DNA from: an uncultured Parabacteroides sp.
GTDB lineage: Bacteria > Bacteroidota > Bacteroidia > Bacteroidales > Tannerellaceae
Direction: 5' to 3'
Assembly: GCA_910577325.1 (NCBI GenBank)
Contig: CAJTMR010000002.1
Location: 558-64,557 of the forward strand
DNA: 64,000 nucleotides
Positions 51,218 to 64,000 of this stretch are shown here, one piece after another (position 1 is the first letter of the stretch; the number at the start of each line of letters is the position of its first letter). A program made the translations under genes and the position numbers. The notes under the pieces were generated by a model. That model was not told the DNA's origin, did no database searches, and saw only the letters and a program-made list of their open reading frames with translations.

Positions 51218-52402
51218 TTATTTATCATTATCCGTAAACATCCATGTCCATTTGTGCCAGATGCTTTCCAAAGGACCTTGTTTGTGGTTTGCCAGCCACC
51301 ATTTGCAGAACCAAACTTGTAGCAGGAAGAGGACGAACCCGATCAGCAAACTTGCCGTATAACCGCAATAAGGGGCTAAATAAAGTCCGAAAGGGAAATA
51401 AATAATAGCACCCAGAATTGACTGTCCAATATAATTAGTCAAGCTCATCTTTCCATAGAAGTGTAAAGCGGAAACTGCTTTTTTGAAACATTCTTTCTGG
51501 TACAAGATTATAAATGAGGAAACAAGGATGAGGGTAAATGCAAATTTTTGCCACATGTCAAAAGCTGTTCCTGCAGTTTGTCTGACCAGGGCATTGTCGC
51601 TTGCCATGATTTGTTCCTTTAACGAATATAGTGGAGCGAAACAGATTGCTGCAATAATGAGGGTCTTTATCCAGAAGCGCAGATGAGAATCCGTGGTGAT
51701 GAATAATTCTTTTCGACCGATATAAAATCCTGACAGGAACAACCCAGCCGTTTGTAGGAAACGACCTGCCCCGATTGCCCAATACAAACTGGCTTTTTGT
51801 CCTAAAGTGACATTACCCCAGATAAAATCCCGGAAATCCCCGGCTTGGGTATATTCGGCAACTTCATTGTACATGGCACTTACGCCAAGATCAGGTAATG
51901 TATAGGCTGGATCAAGCAGGAATACTATGTAATGATACCATTCGATCGGTTGCAGCAGCAATATCGTAGCGGTCACAAGGATTGCTTTATTGCTCCATTT
52001 GCGAATTAGGAATAATATCAAACCTACTATGGCAAATAAAAGCAGTACATCTCCGGCTGGGAAAAAAGCAGCGTTCAGTGTCGCGAAACCAACAAGCAGA
52101 ATCAATCGCCATAAAAAACGGTAACCGAAATCTTTTCCTTTCTTTTCCTGATTATGACACTGGATATAAAATGTAAATCCGAATAGGAGGGCGAAAATGG
52201 CATAAGCTTTACCTGCAAACAGGGAGAATGTGACGTTAAACACTCCGTCATTAAGGACTGCCAGCCATGTAGGTTGTTCGGTCGGATAGACTGGAAAAAT
52301 AAAATGTTCCAGATTATGTACTAAAATAATAGCCATGACGGCGAATCCTCTTAATGCATCAACCACTTCAATACGTGTGGGTTTACTTGCTGACAGTTCC
52401 AT
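51218..52402 (-). CDS. DUF418 membrane protein (YeiB-like)
   Basis: RIEVVDALRGFA, FALLFG, GKMSLTNY, QGPLE. Confidence 0.9.
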   Translation of the reverse strand: MELSASKPTRIEVVDALRGFAVMAIILVHNLEHFIFPVYPTEQPTWLAVLNDGVFNVTFSLFAGKAYAIFALLFGFTFYIQCHNQEKKGKDFGYRFLWRLILLVGFATLNAAFFPAGDVLLLFAIVGLILFLIRKWSNKAILVTATILLLQPIEWYHYIVFLLDPAYTLPDLGVSAMYNEVAEYTQAGDFRDFIWGNVTLGQKASLYWAIGAGRFLQTAGLFLSGFYIGRKELFITTDSHLRFWIKTLIIAAICFAPLYSLKEQIMASDNALVRQTAGTAFDMWQKFAFTLILVSSFIILYQKECFKKAVSALHFYGKMSLTNYIGQSILGAIIYFPFGLYLAPYCGYTASLLIGFVLFLLQVWFCKWWLANHKQGPLESIWHKWTWMFTDNDK

Positions 52403-52643
52403 ATAAGTTGTTTGTAGAATTTAACAACAAATTTAAGTATTTATTCCGGTAGAGCAATGATACTTTGTATATAAAAACTTTTCTTCTCCTCTTTGAAATT
52501 ATGATTTTATCCGGAATCATGTTGGGTAGCGAATACATGACTTGCGTGGCTATTCATCCGTATGGATTAATTGAGTTGCCTGCTGCCGTTTTTCATTTTT
52601 TATTAATACCTTTGCCTGTCAGTAATCTAATTTGAAATAAGAT

Positions 52644-53663
52644 ATGGAAAATATTAATTGGTCTGATCTGTCATTCGGCTATATGAAGACAGACTATAAT
52701 GTAAGGTGTTACTATCGGGATGGTAAATGGGGCGAATTGGAAGTAAGTTCTTCCGAGATCATCAATATTCATATGGCTGCCACATGTTTGCATTATGGAC
52801 AGGAGTCGTTTGAAGGGCTGAAGGCGTTCAAGGGAAAAGATGGTAAGATCCGTGTGTTCCGTATGGATGAGAACGGTAAACGTATGCAATCTTCCAGCCG
52901 TGGTATCAAAATGGCCGAACTGCCCGTTGAGAAGTTTGAGGAAGCTGTTCGCAAGGTAGTAAAACTGAACGAACGTTTTGTTCCGCCTTATGAAAGCGGG
53001 GCCGCCCTGTATATCCGCCCGTTGATGATCGGTTTGGGGGCCCAGGTGGGTGTGAGGCCGGCTCCCGAATATATGTTCATGGTGTTTGTAACGCCGGTGG
53101 GACCGTATTTCAAAGGAGGCTTCAAGCCTTCCAAAGTATGTATCATGCGTGATTATGACCGCGCTGCTCCTCAGGGAACCGGTACGATCAAAGTCGGTGG
53201 CAATTATGCCGCCAGCCTCGTAGCAGGCGAAAAGGCTCACGAACTGGGTTATGCCGCTGTTTTATATCTGGATCCGAAAGAAAAGAAATATCTGGATGAA
53301 TGCGGTCCGGCCAACTTTTTCGGAATCCGTGGTAATAGTTATATCACTCCGCAGTCTCATTCTATCCTGCCTTCCATCACGAACAAGAGTTTGCAGCAAT
53401 TGGCAACCGATATGGGCCTGACAGTGGAACGCCGCCCGGTTCCGGTTGAAGAAATCGCAACGTTCGATGAAGCAGCCGAATGTGGAACTGCCGCAGTTAT
53501 CGCTCCGATTTCACAGATCGACGACTTGGATATCAATAAGTCTTATGTGATTGCAAAAGACGGTAAGCCGGGACCTGTTTGCGAAAAACTATACAATAAA
53601 TTGCGTGCTATCCAGTATGGTGACGAACCTGATACTTACGGCTGGGTAACGATAATAGAATAG
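52644..53663 (+). CDS. ilvE: Branched-chain amino acid aminotransferase
   Basis: LHYGQESFEGLKA, LYIRP, KVGGNYAA, ILPSIT, GTAAVI. Confidence 0.96.
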   Translation: MENINWSDLSFGYMKTDYNVRCYYRDGKWGELEVSSSEIINIHMAATCLHYGQESFEGLKAFKGKDGKIRVFRMDENGKRMQSSSRGIKMAELPVEKFEEAVRKVVKLNERFVPPYESGAALYIRPLMIGLGAQVGVRPAPEYMFMVFVTPVGPYFKGGFKPSKVCIMRDYDRAAPQGTGTIKVGGNYAASLVAGEKAHELGYAAVLYLDPKEKKYLDECGPANFFGIRGNSYITPQSHSILPSITNKSLQQLATDMGLTVERRPVPVEEIATFDEAAECGTAAVIAPISQIDDLDINKSYVIAKDGKPGPVCEKLYNKLRAIQYGDEPDTYGWVTIIE

Positions 53664-53805
53664 TTAACAATAAAAAAAGATAATTGATAATTTAGAGTAG
53701 ATATTTTTTGTCAAAATTGCAAACTCGGCATTGCAATATGGGAAAGAATATTTATATTTGCCCCGTTAAATACAGTGGATAAATTGTCAATTGTCAATCG
53801 AAAAG

Positions 53806-54984
53806 GTGGAAGCATTCTTTAAAACACATAAATACTTGGTTGAACATTTGTATTCGCCGGTTCGCAGAGGGCTGATGGATGAGATCGACTGGAATGACCG
53901 GTTGATCGGTATTAAGGGTTCTCGCGGAGTGGGAAAGACTACTTTTCTGCTGGATTATGCCCGTGAACATTTTGGCACGGACAATAAGGAATGTCTTTAC
54001 ATAAATCTGAATCATTTTTATTTTACGGAACGTACGTTGGTTGATTTTGCCTCTGAGTTCAGGGCAAAAGGGGGGAAAGTGCTGTTGATCGATCAAGTGT
54101 TCAAATATTCGGGGTGGTCGAAAGAACTCCGCTATTGTTACGATAACTTCAACGACTTGAAGATCATTTTTTCCGGTTCTTCCGTCATGCGGTTAAAAGA
54201 GGAGAATCCTGATCTGTCAGGCAAGGTGGTTTCGTATAACTTGCGAGGTTTTTCATTCCGGGAATTTTTTAATCTGATGTCCGGGAATAGTTTTCCGGCT
54301 TATACGTTTGAAGATATATTGGCCGGCCATCAGGAAATAGCGAAAGGTATCTGCTCGGTGGGGAAACCGATGGCATATTTTCAGGATTATCTGCATCATG
54401 GTTTCTATCCTTTCTTCTTGGAGAAACGCAATTTCTCGGAGAATCTGCTGAAGACCATGAATATGATGTTGGAAGTAGACGTGTTATACATAAAACAAAT
54501 TGAACAAAGTTATCTGCCAAAATTGCGCAAGCTGCTTTACCTGTTAGCGACAAGTGCCCCTTGTACGCCCAATGTAAGCCAGTTGAGCAAAGATATAGAG
54601 ACATCGCGGGCCACTGTGATGAACTATATCAAATATCTGGCCGATGCTCGTTTGATGAATATGCTTTATCCGGTGGGAGAGTCCTTTCCCAAGAAACCCT
54701 CTAAAGTGTATATGTACAATTCCAATCTGATGTATCCTATCCGGCCGATGGAGGTGAATATGCAATCTGTCCGCGAATCATTCTTTTATAACCAGCTTTT
54801 GAAGGACAATAGATTGAATGAGGGCGGGAAGAACGCACATTTTTTAGTCAATGAAACGTACAATTTCAGGATTGAAGAAAACATGAAAGTGAAGAACAAT
54901 CCTGATCTGTATTATGCAATCGATAAGGTCGAGGTAGGAGAGGACAACATGATTCCGCTTTGGCTTTTCGGTTTTTTATATTGA
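53806..54984 (+). CDS. AAA+ ATPase (AAA_14 / DUF4143-type)
   Basis: Walker A GSRGVGKT, Walker B variant LLIDQV, SGSS, GFYP; likely GTG start at 53806. Confidence 0.85.
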   Translation: MEAFFKTHKYLVEHLYSPVRRGLMDEIDWNDRLIGIKGSRGVGKTTFLLDYAREHFGTDNKECLYINLNHFYFTERTLVDFASEFRAKGGKVLLIDQVFKYSGWSKELRYCYDNFNDLKIIFSGSSVMRLKEENPDLSGKVVSYNLRGFSFREFFNLMSGNSFPAYTFEDILAGHQEIAKGICSVGKPMAYFQDYLHHGFYPFFLEKRNFSENLLKTMNMMLEVDVLYIKQIEQSYLPKLRKLLYLLATSAPCTPNVSQLSKDIETSRATVMNYIKYLADARLMNMLYPVGESFPKKPSKVYMYNSNLMYPIRPMEVNMQSVRESFFYNQLLKDNRLNEGGKNAHFLVNETYNFRIEENMKVKNNPDLYYAIDKVEVGEDNMIPLWLFGFLY

Positions 54985-55014
54985 AATCTTTTTAAATACT
55001 AATAGTAAAAGTCT

Positions 55015-58560
<3,546 letters not shown>

Positions 58561-58612
58561 TTTGATTTTGATCATCTAAGGGTGGAAATTCTTTTTCACC
58601 CGGATAAAATAG

Positions 58613-58647
58613 AAAGCGGAGTCTCGTATTTGAGATTCCGCTTTTTT
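58613..58647 (+). terminator. Rho-independent terminator after nifJ
   Basis: AAAGCGGAGTCTC..GAGATTCCGCTTTTTT. Confidence 0.8.
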
Positions 58648-58769
58648 ATTATTCCGTAAAAGATCGGTAAAACGCTTTTATAATATGAAATTCATATCTT
58701 TCTGGTTTTCTTACGGAACAAAATGGAATCTTTCTGTGTTTAATGAACGTATATGGTAAAAATAAAAAT

Positions 58770-59432
58770 ATGAATGTAACATATGAAGATGTCCGCAACT
58801 CCGAAGAGATCCGGACGTATATCAAACAAGCGGATGAGTCGTTGAAAGTAATCGGCTACACGGAGCATAGCTTTGCTCATTGCACGAAGGTGGCGAAAAT
58901 CGCAGGGGATTTATTGGAGAAGTTGGGATATGATGTTCATGAGGTGGAATTAGCCCGTATAGCCGGTTTCATGCACGATATCGGCAATGTAGTGAACCGT
59001 ATCGACCACGCCCAAAGTGGGGCTATGATGGCTTTTCGTGTTCTGGATAAGATGGGAATGCCACCTGAAGATGTGGCGACCGTTATTACAGCTATCGGGA
59101 ACCATGACGAACAGACGGCTGCTGCTGTAAATGCCGTTGCAGCAGCTCTGATAATCGCTGATAAGACGGATGTACGCCGCAGCCGCGTCCGTAACCGTTC
59201 CACGATCAATTTCGATATTCATGACCGGGTAAATTATGCTGCCGAGAAATCGGATGTCATATTGGAGCCGGATTCGAAAACGATCACTCTTGATTTGAAG
59301 ATCAATACTGAAATCTGTGCCGTGATGGACTATTTCGAGATTTTTACCGGACGGATGCTACTTTGCAGGAAAGCTGCGGAATTTCTTGGCCTGCAATTTA
59401 AGCTGAATATAAATGATGTTTATTTATTGTAA
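58770..59432 (+). CDS. HD domain phosphohydrolase
   Basis: GYTEHSFAH, MHDIGN, AIGNHDE, ADKTD. Confidence 0.9.
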   Translation: MNVTYEDVRNSEEIRTYIKQADESLKVIGYTEHSFAHCTKVAKIAGDLLEKLGYDVHEVELARIAGFMHDIGNVVNRIDHAQSGAMMAFRVLDKMGMPPEDVATVITAIGNHDEQTAAAVNAVAAALIIADKTDVRRSRVRNRSTINFDIHDRVNYAAEKSDVILEPDSKTITLDLKINTEICAVMDYFEIFTGRMLLCRKAAEFLGLQFKLNINDVYLL

Positions 59433-59513
59433 TATCATTAGTTTCATATATTTTGGAAAAAGTTTATCTTTATTGCGTTTTAACGGAATAAAGGTCCAAT
59501 TAATCTAATGAAT

Positions 59514-60222
59514 ATGAAACAGTTTTTATGCCTTCTTTTTTGCTTGTCTTTTCTCCATTCGTGAGATTATCCGGCCGGAAGATAAGAATATGTTCCTGAA
59601 CAAAGCTGTCGTGTTTGCCTTGGAAAGTGAGAAAGCTCCTGATAAGAAACTGTTCGTGGAGGTTGACCGAGCAATCGAACAAGGCGAGATCGTCGTGAAT
59701 ATGCCCGAACCTGTTATAAAATGTGAGGAAATGACGCTTGAACAAATGTTTATTTGTTGTGTTCGTGTCAATAAGTTGCCGATAGACGATAAGGTAGTCT
59801 TGAATTATATCAGTGCCGTCAGTAAAGAATTGGGGCAGGAGTGCCGGCGTGACCAGTTTAAATTCCGTAAACTGAAAGAGGAATATCAGGCTCGCTTGGA
59901 AAAGGGAATGGCCGATTTTGATTTTGCGAAAACCTATTTCATAAAAGTGAACAATAACCATAAAGGTTATGACTTTGACCATAAGGGCTATCCATTATCC
60001 TATCCGGCACGTTCGGGGAGTTCTCCCAAACAATGTATTCCTTTCAGCGGTTTTAACTTCATGCCGGTTAATCCGGATCAGGCGTTCTTTATCCCTGTGA
60101 GTATGGATGATGCGGAAAAATATGAGAAGCGGAGCAGAGGGACCGGCCAGAACGGCTATGTCAGTCCGTTGATATATACGGTTGTCTATTATAATTTGGT
60201 CGGGGCCGCTTTGTTTGAATGA
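59514..60222 (+). pseudogene. Frameshifted exported hypothetical protein
   Basis: ATG at 59514 starts a signal-peptide-like MKQFLCLLF that is out of frame with the 59590-60222 ORF. Confidence 0.5.
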
Positions 60223-60295
60223 TCCGGAACGGCAGGAAATAGTCTCTATTTATGACCTGATAAAAATATATAAATAGAGACTTGAAAGAGAAGGT

Positions 60296-61471
60296 TTAAA
60301 ATACTGGAATCGAATATACCAATCCTAATGAAATACGGTGCGTGTCGGGATCGACCGCACCCATGTCCAGAGCCGGCTTTTCGAGTTTAACGCCGCGATA
60401 CGTGTAAAGGAGGAAGATAAAAAGGTCGCTGTTCTTGATTGGGAAAAATTCGAGGCTGCTTTGTGCATTCCAGGAACGGCGGTACATGCCTTTGGCAAAC
60501 GGTCCGTTCGCTTTGTATATCCTTCCGGTTTCATAAGCGCCTTTCACGTAGACATTCCAGCGTGGATGAATCCGGTAGTCCACATCGGCGATGACCGATA
60601 GGTACTCCGTGTTGCAAGCTGTTTGGACCGTCTCAGGCAAGCGGCTGATAACGCCATGCTGATCCAATCCCTGCCGGGTATACATGATATCCAGATAAGT
60701 CAGCAGAGGACCTTTTTCGATCGTGTTGCCACAGGTGAAATAATATGAATAACGTTTCTGTGTCTGTTGCCCCATGGCGGCGGCATAACGGAGTTGCAGG
60801 ACACGATCGAAATAGTAACTGTTCCAGTTAACTGTGTACATGAAAGGCACTTTAGCCTCCCGTGTGTTTTCCGGTAGTCCGGTCGCATAGATTTCGTTGT
60901 CTTGTCCGCTCCGGTTGTTTACGATCTGAAAACAAAGTTCATGGTCCGGATTGATCTGCCAGTTGCCTGAAATACCTGCCTGATAACAGGTCAGAAGGTT
61001 GTTGAACTCGCTGAATTCACGGACTTTTATTGAATTGACAAAATATTCGTATCCTCCGAAATTGACAAATTGTTTACCGATCGTAAAGCCGAATTTGTCA
61101 TGTACTTTTAAATTGACATAAGCCAATTCGAGTGAGGACGAAAGGTTGTCCAGTGAATAAGGGTCTGAGTATTTGTTGAACGATTGCCGGTAATGATAGG
61201 AAAGGTTTTTCCAAACATCTCCTTTTATTTCCAATCGGACGCGATTCAGCTTGAAGTTCATGCCGTCGAAATCGGAACCTGTGAAATTGGCGTTTGCCGA
61301 AGTGAAAAGCTGGAAATTCATTTCTGCGCTTTCAATTACTTTTTTCCCTCCAGTGAGCCGTTCGACTAAAGTCCGCTCTTGTCCGGGGACGGCTTCTTTT
61401 TCAATATCCTGTGCAAAGGCAGAGGGAACGGATATGAATAGTAATGCCAATAAATAGAGTAGTGTTTTCAT
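60296..61471 (-). CDS. Porin (OprO/P-like outer-membrane protein)
   Basis: Signal peptide, FKLNRVRLEIKG, TIGKQ..GGYE, C-terminal Phe. Confidence 0.8.
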   Translation of the reverse strand: MKTLLYLLALLFISVPSAFAQDIEKEAVPGQERTLVERLTGGKKVIESAEMNFQLFTSANANFTGSDFDGMNFKLNRVRLEIKGDVWKNLSYHYRQSFNKYSDPYSLDNLSSSLELAYVNLKVHDKFGFTIGKQFVNFGGYEYFVNSIKVREFSEFNNLLTCYQAGISGNWQINPDHELCFQIVNNRSGQDNEIYATGLPENTREAKVPFMYTVNWNSYYFDRVLQLRYAAAMGQQTQKRYSYYFTCGNTIEKGPLLTYLDIMYTRQGLDQHGVISRLPETVQTACNTEYLSVIADVDYRIHPRWNVYVKGAYETGRIYKANGPFAKGMYRRSWNAQSSLEFFPIKNSDLFIFLLYTYRGVKLEKPALDMGAVDPDTHRISLGLVYSIPVF

Positions 61472-61581
61472 GTTTGTAAATAAAATGTTTCAGCGTCCAA
61501 ATATAGCAATTTTATATGACCTTTGGAAATCTGTAATTATTCTTACCTTTGTTGAGATTTAAAAGGTAACGAATTTAGGTT

Positions 61582-62358
61582 ATGATTAAAGCGGTATTTT
61601 TTGATATTGATGGGACATTGGTTAGTTTTAAAACACATGTAGTCCCGAAATCCACCCTCCATGCGATTGAATTGTTGAAGAAGAAAGGAATAAAAGTTTT
61701 TATAGCGACTGGTCGTCATCGCCGTTCAATTAACAATCTGGGTGATCTTGAGTTTGATGGTTATGTGACGTTGAATGGCGGTTATGTGTATGCTGGAAAG
61801 GACGATGTGATTTATAAGCACAGCATTCCTGATAAGGATATCGAAGCCTTGGTGCGCTATCAGGAAAAGGAAGGAGAGTTTCCGTGTGCCTTCGTGCAGG
61901 AAGATGAGATTTTCATGAACTATATGGATGAAACGGTAAGCGATGTGTTTCATTTGTTGAATTTCCCGGCTCCTCCAATTCGTCCGATCGAGGATATTTA
62001 TGGAAAGACGGTTTATCAATTAATCGCCTTTTTTACTACAGAACAGGAAAAAAGCATTATGAAGGTCTTGTCCCAATGTGAATCCACGCGGTGGAATCCG
62101 CTTTTTACGGATGTCGTACCACTTGGAAGCAGTAAACGGGTCGGGATTGACAAGATGCTGGAATATTTCCATATCGGTCTGGACGAATGTATGGCCTTCG
62201 GCGACGGAGGTAATGACATACAGATGCTTAGGCATGCCGGGATCGGGATAGCTATGGGAAATGCGACCGAGGATGTGATGAGTGCAGCCGGGTATGTGAC
62301 GACTTCTGTTGACGAGAACGGTGTGTACAATGCGTTGAAACATTTCAACATTATTTGA
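61582..62358 (+). CDS. Cof-type HAD-IIB hydrolase
   Basis: FFDIDGTL, IATGR, AFGDGGND..ML, AMGNA. Confidence 0.95.
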   Translation: MIKAVFFDIDGTLVSFKTHVVPKSTLHAIELLKKKGIKVFIATGRHRRSINNLGDLEFDGYVTLNGGYVYAGKDDVIYKHSIPDKDIEALVRYQEKEGEFPCAFVQEDEIFMNYMDETVSDVFHLLNFPAPPIRPIEDIYGKTVYQLIAFFTTEQEKSIMKVLSQCESTRWNPLFTDVVPLGSSKRVGIDKMLEYFHIGLDECMAFGDGGNDIQMLRHAGIGIAMGNATEDVMSAAGYVTTSVDENGVYNALKHFNII

Positions 62359-62390
62359 TTTTGAACTGTTATATAATAAATAGGGTAATT

Positions 62391-62933
62391 ATGATAGATG
62401 AATTATTGAAATTTAATCGTGAATTTGTAAAGAATAAAGGATATGAGCGGTTTATCACCAATAAATATCCTGATAAGAAGATCGCGATAGTGTCTTGTAT
62501 GGACACACGCCTTACGGAGTTGCTGCCAGCAGCTTTGGGTATAAAGAATGGAGATGTCAAGATTATCAAGAATGCAGGTGCTATTATATCCCATCCTTTC
62601 GGAAGTGTGATCCGGAGTCTGCTTGTGGCTATTTATGAATTGGGAGTGAACGAAGTCATGATTATAGGCCATACCGATTGTGGTGCTAAACATATGGATA
62701 GTGAACAGATGATCGAGGTAATGAAAAAGCGTGGCATTCCTTCGGAACATATCGATATGATGCGTTACTGTGGAATTGATTTCAAATCATGGTTGCGCGG
62801 CTTTGACACTCCGGAAGGTTCGGTTCGTGAAACAGTGGCTCAGGTACAAAAACATCCGCTGATTCCGAAAGATGTAACGGTTCGTGGATTTGTAATTGAT
62901 TCGACTACAGGTAAATTGGATTCTATTGTTTAG
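62391..62933 (+). CDS. Beta-class carbonic anhydrase
   Basis: SCMDTR, IKNAG, GHTDCG; start set at the ATG at 62391. Confidence 0.93.
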   Translation: MIDELLKFNREFVKNKGYERFITNKYPDKKIAIVSCMDTRLTELLPAALGIKNGDVKIIKNAGAIISHPFGSVIRSLLVAIYELGVNEVMIIGHTDCGAKHMDSEQMIEVMKKRGIPSEHIDMMRYCGIDFKSWLRGFDTPEGSVRETVAQVQKHPLIPKDVTVRGFVIDSTTGKLDSIV

Positions 62934-63114
62934 ACGAATCGAGGCAAGAATTAATTGTCGAAAAATTAAATATGATTAAATGGTAAATATTATGTATGTT
63001 TTACAGCATAAATTCAAATAAAATATCTATCTTTGTACAGTAAACAAAAAGAAAGTTTAGGTTTAGTTATTATTAATCGTTCTTCCGGCGTGGAGAACTT
63101 AAATGAGTAAAATT

Positions 63115-63273
63115 ATGATGATGAGAGAAAATGAAAAAAGTATGCGTGCTTTAGCGATGTTGCGTTATCAGGCTGATCGTTATCAGTCAGTAGGAAATGG
63201 TTCAATGTGTCAGCGGGTAAATGCTGAGATTCGCAGATTGATGAGCCAAATGAGCGAAGGCGCTAAAAATTAG
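63115..63273 (+). CDS. Small hypothetical protein (52 aa)
   Basis: MMMRENEKSMRALAMLRYQADRYQSVGNGSMCQRVNAEIRRLMSQMSEGAKN; own -7 box TATCTTTG (63028-63035) and downstream hairpins plus T-tract. Confidence 0.7.
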   Translation: MMMRENEKSMRALAMLRYQADRYQSVGNGSMCQRVNAEIRRLMSQMSEGAKN

Positions 63274-63347
63274 TATTAAATCGGTAAAAAAATTAATGTA
63301 GTCTCTTCACCGTAGTCTTTATTAAAGACTGGTGAGAGAGAATGTAG

Positions 63348-63390
63348 AAGGCATTCGACGCTTATGGGATAGCGGAGTTTGGCCTTTTTT
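63348..63390 (+). terminator. Terminator after the small ORF
   Basis: AAGGC..CGCT..AGCG..GCCTTTTTT, preceded by another hairpin at 63302-63341. Confidence 0.5.
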
Positions 63391-63506
63391 ATTTTGATAT
63401 ATTTAGGGTTGTATTTTCCCGGCCCGATCACACTGAAATCATATTGTTGATTCAAAAACGAAGTGCTAAAATGAGCCTCAAACTACCGTAATAGATGTTG
63501 ACTAAT

Positions 63507-63598
63507 TATGTTATGCAGCATATTTTGTTAAATAGATATAAATAAATGGGATTTTCAAGCAAAAATCTATGCTGCATAACATAAAATGTCTATATTTG
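63507..63598 (+). promoter_or_regulatory. sRNA promoter with two Cur/BT4338-like palindromes
   Basis: TATGTTATGCAGCATA (63507-63522) and its exact reverse complement TATGCTGCATAACATA (63568-63583); TATATTTG at 63591-63598. Confidence 0.7.
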
Positions 63599-63601
63599 CA
63601 T

Positions 63602-63671
63602 TGTGTTTTTCATGGTATTAGATTTAAGGTTAACAATGAAGATTGGCTGTCCGTGAGGATAGCCTTTTTTT
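63602..63671 (+). ncRNA. Putative paralogous sRNA, copy 2
   Basis: 55 nt identical to copy 1; GGCTGTCC-GTGA-GGATAGCC plus T-tract. Confidence 0.75.
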
Positions 63672-63758
63672 GTTTTTGTCCGGATAATCCGTTCTTTTGG
63701 TATTCTTCATTATATTTGTATCACAGGAAAGGATTCATTGTAACTAAAATATCATAAT

Positions 63759-63974
63759 ATGGAAATGTACAAAGCAAATGATAACCGATATGCCGATATG
63801 TTTTACAGGTGTTGTGGGCAGGATGAAGTGTTGTTGCCGGCCGTCTCTTTGGGGCTATGGCATAATTTGGGCAGTGTGGATGTGTTTGGTAATTTTATTC
63901 AGATTGCGCATGCCGCTTTTTACAATCTTACGGGGAATTTAAAAATCAATTTGCCGGTTATTGGCACATTATAA
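63759..63974 (+). pseudogene. Truncated aldo/keto reductase (YghZ/Gpr-like)
   Basis: N-terminal RY..M.YR.CG...LLPAVSLGLWHN motif; similarity is lost after ~54 aa and the frame stops at 71 aa (family ~330 aa). Confidence 0.75.
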
Positions 63975-64000
63975 AACATTAATCAAGTGAAACCATTCTT

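Overview
Core chromosomal region of a gut Bacteroidales bacterium. Gene content, codon style and TAnnTTTG promoters fit Parabacteroides (merdae/johnsonii-like); this is inferred, not checked against a database. About 55 CDSs. Housekeeping genes include tamB, tsaD, nth, crcB, pheS, pbpC, pdxJ-exbB-exbD-tonB-DJ-1, nadK, tgt-lptG, ligA, dapA, ilvE and nifJ. There is also a CusA/CzcA-type RND efflux system with its two-component pair, and a complete PAPS-synthesis/sulfotransferase cluster resembling the Bacteroides sterol-sulfonation locus. No CRISPR, rRNA, tRNA, prophage or intact transposase was seen. The most interesting signals are non-coding. (1) A ribosome-protection-type ABC-F gene has an attenuator-like leader (uORF MNIFK, competing stems) and an sRNA-like module fused to its stop codon. 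(2) Three paralogous sRNA-like units start with a sequence antisense to ATGAAAAA start regions; two sit behind a conserved promoter with twin Cur/BT4338-like palindromes. (3) A ~100-bp dispersed repeat supplies the C-terminus and stop codon of CusA. (4) Heptamer hairpin repeats recur, one inside a signal peptide. Also seen: transposon-end scars, unannotated small ORFs and several pseudogenes.
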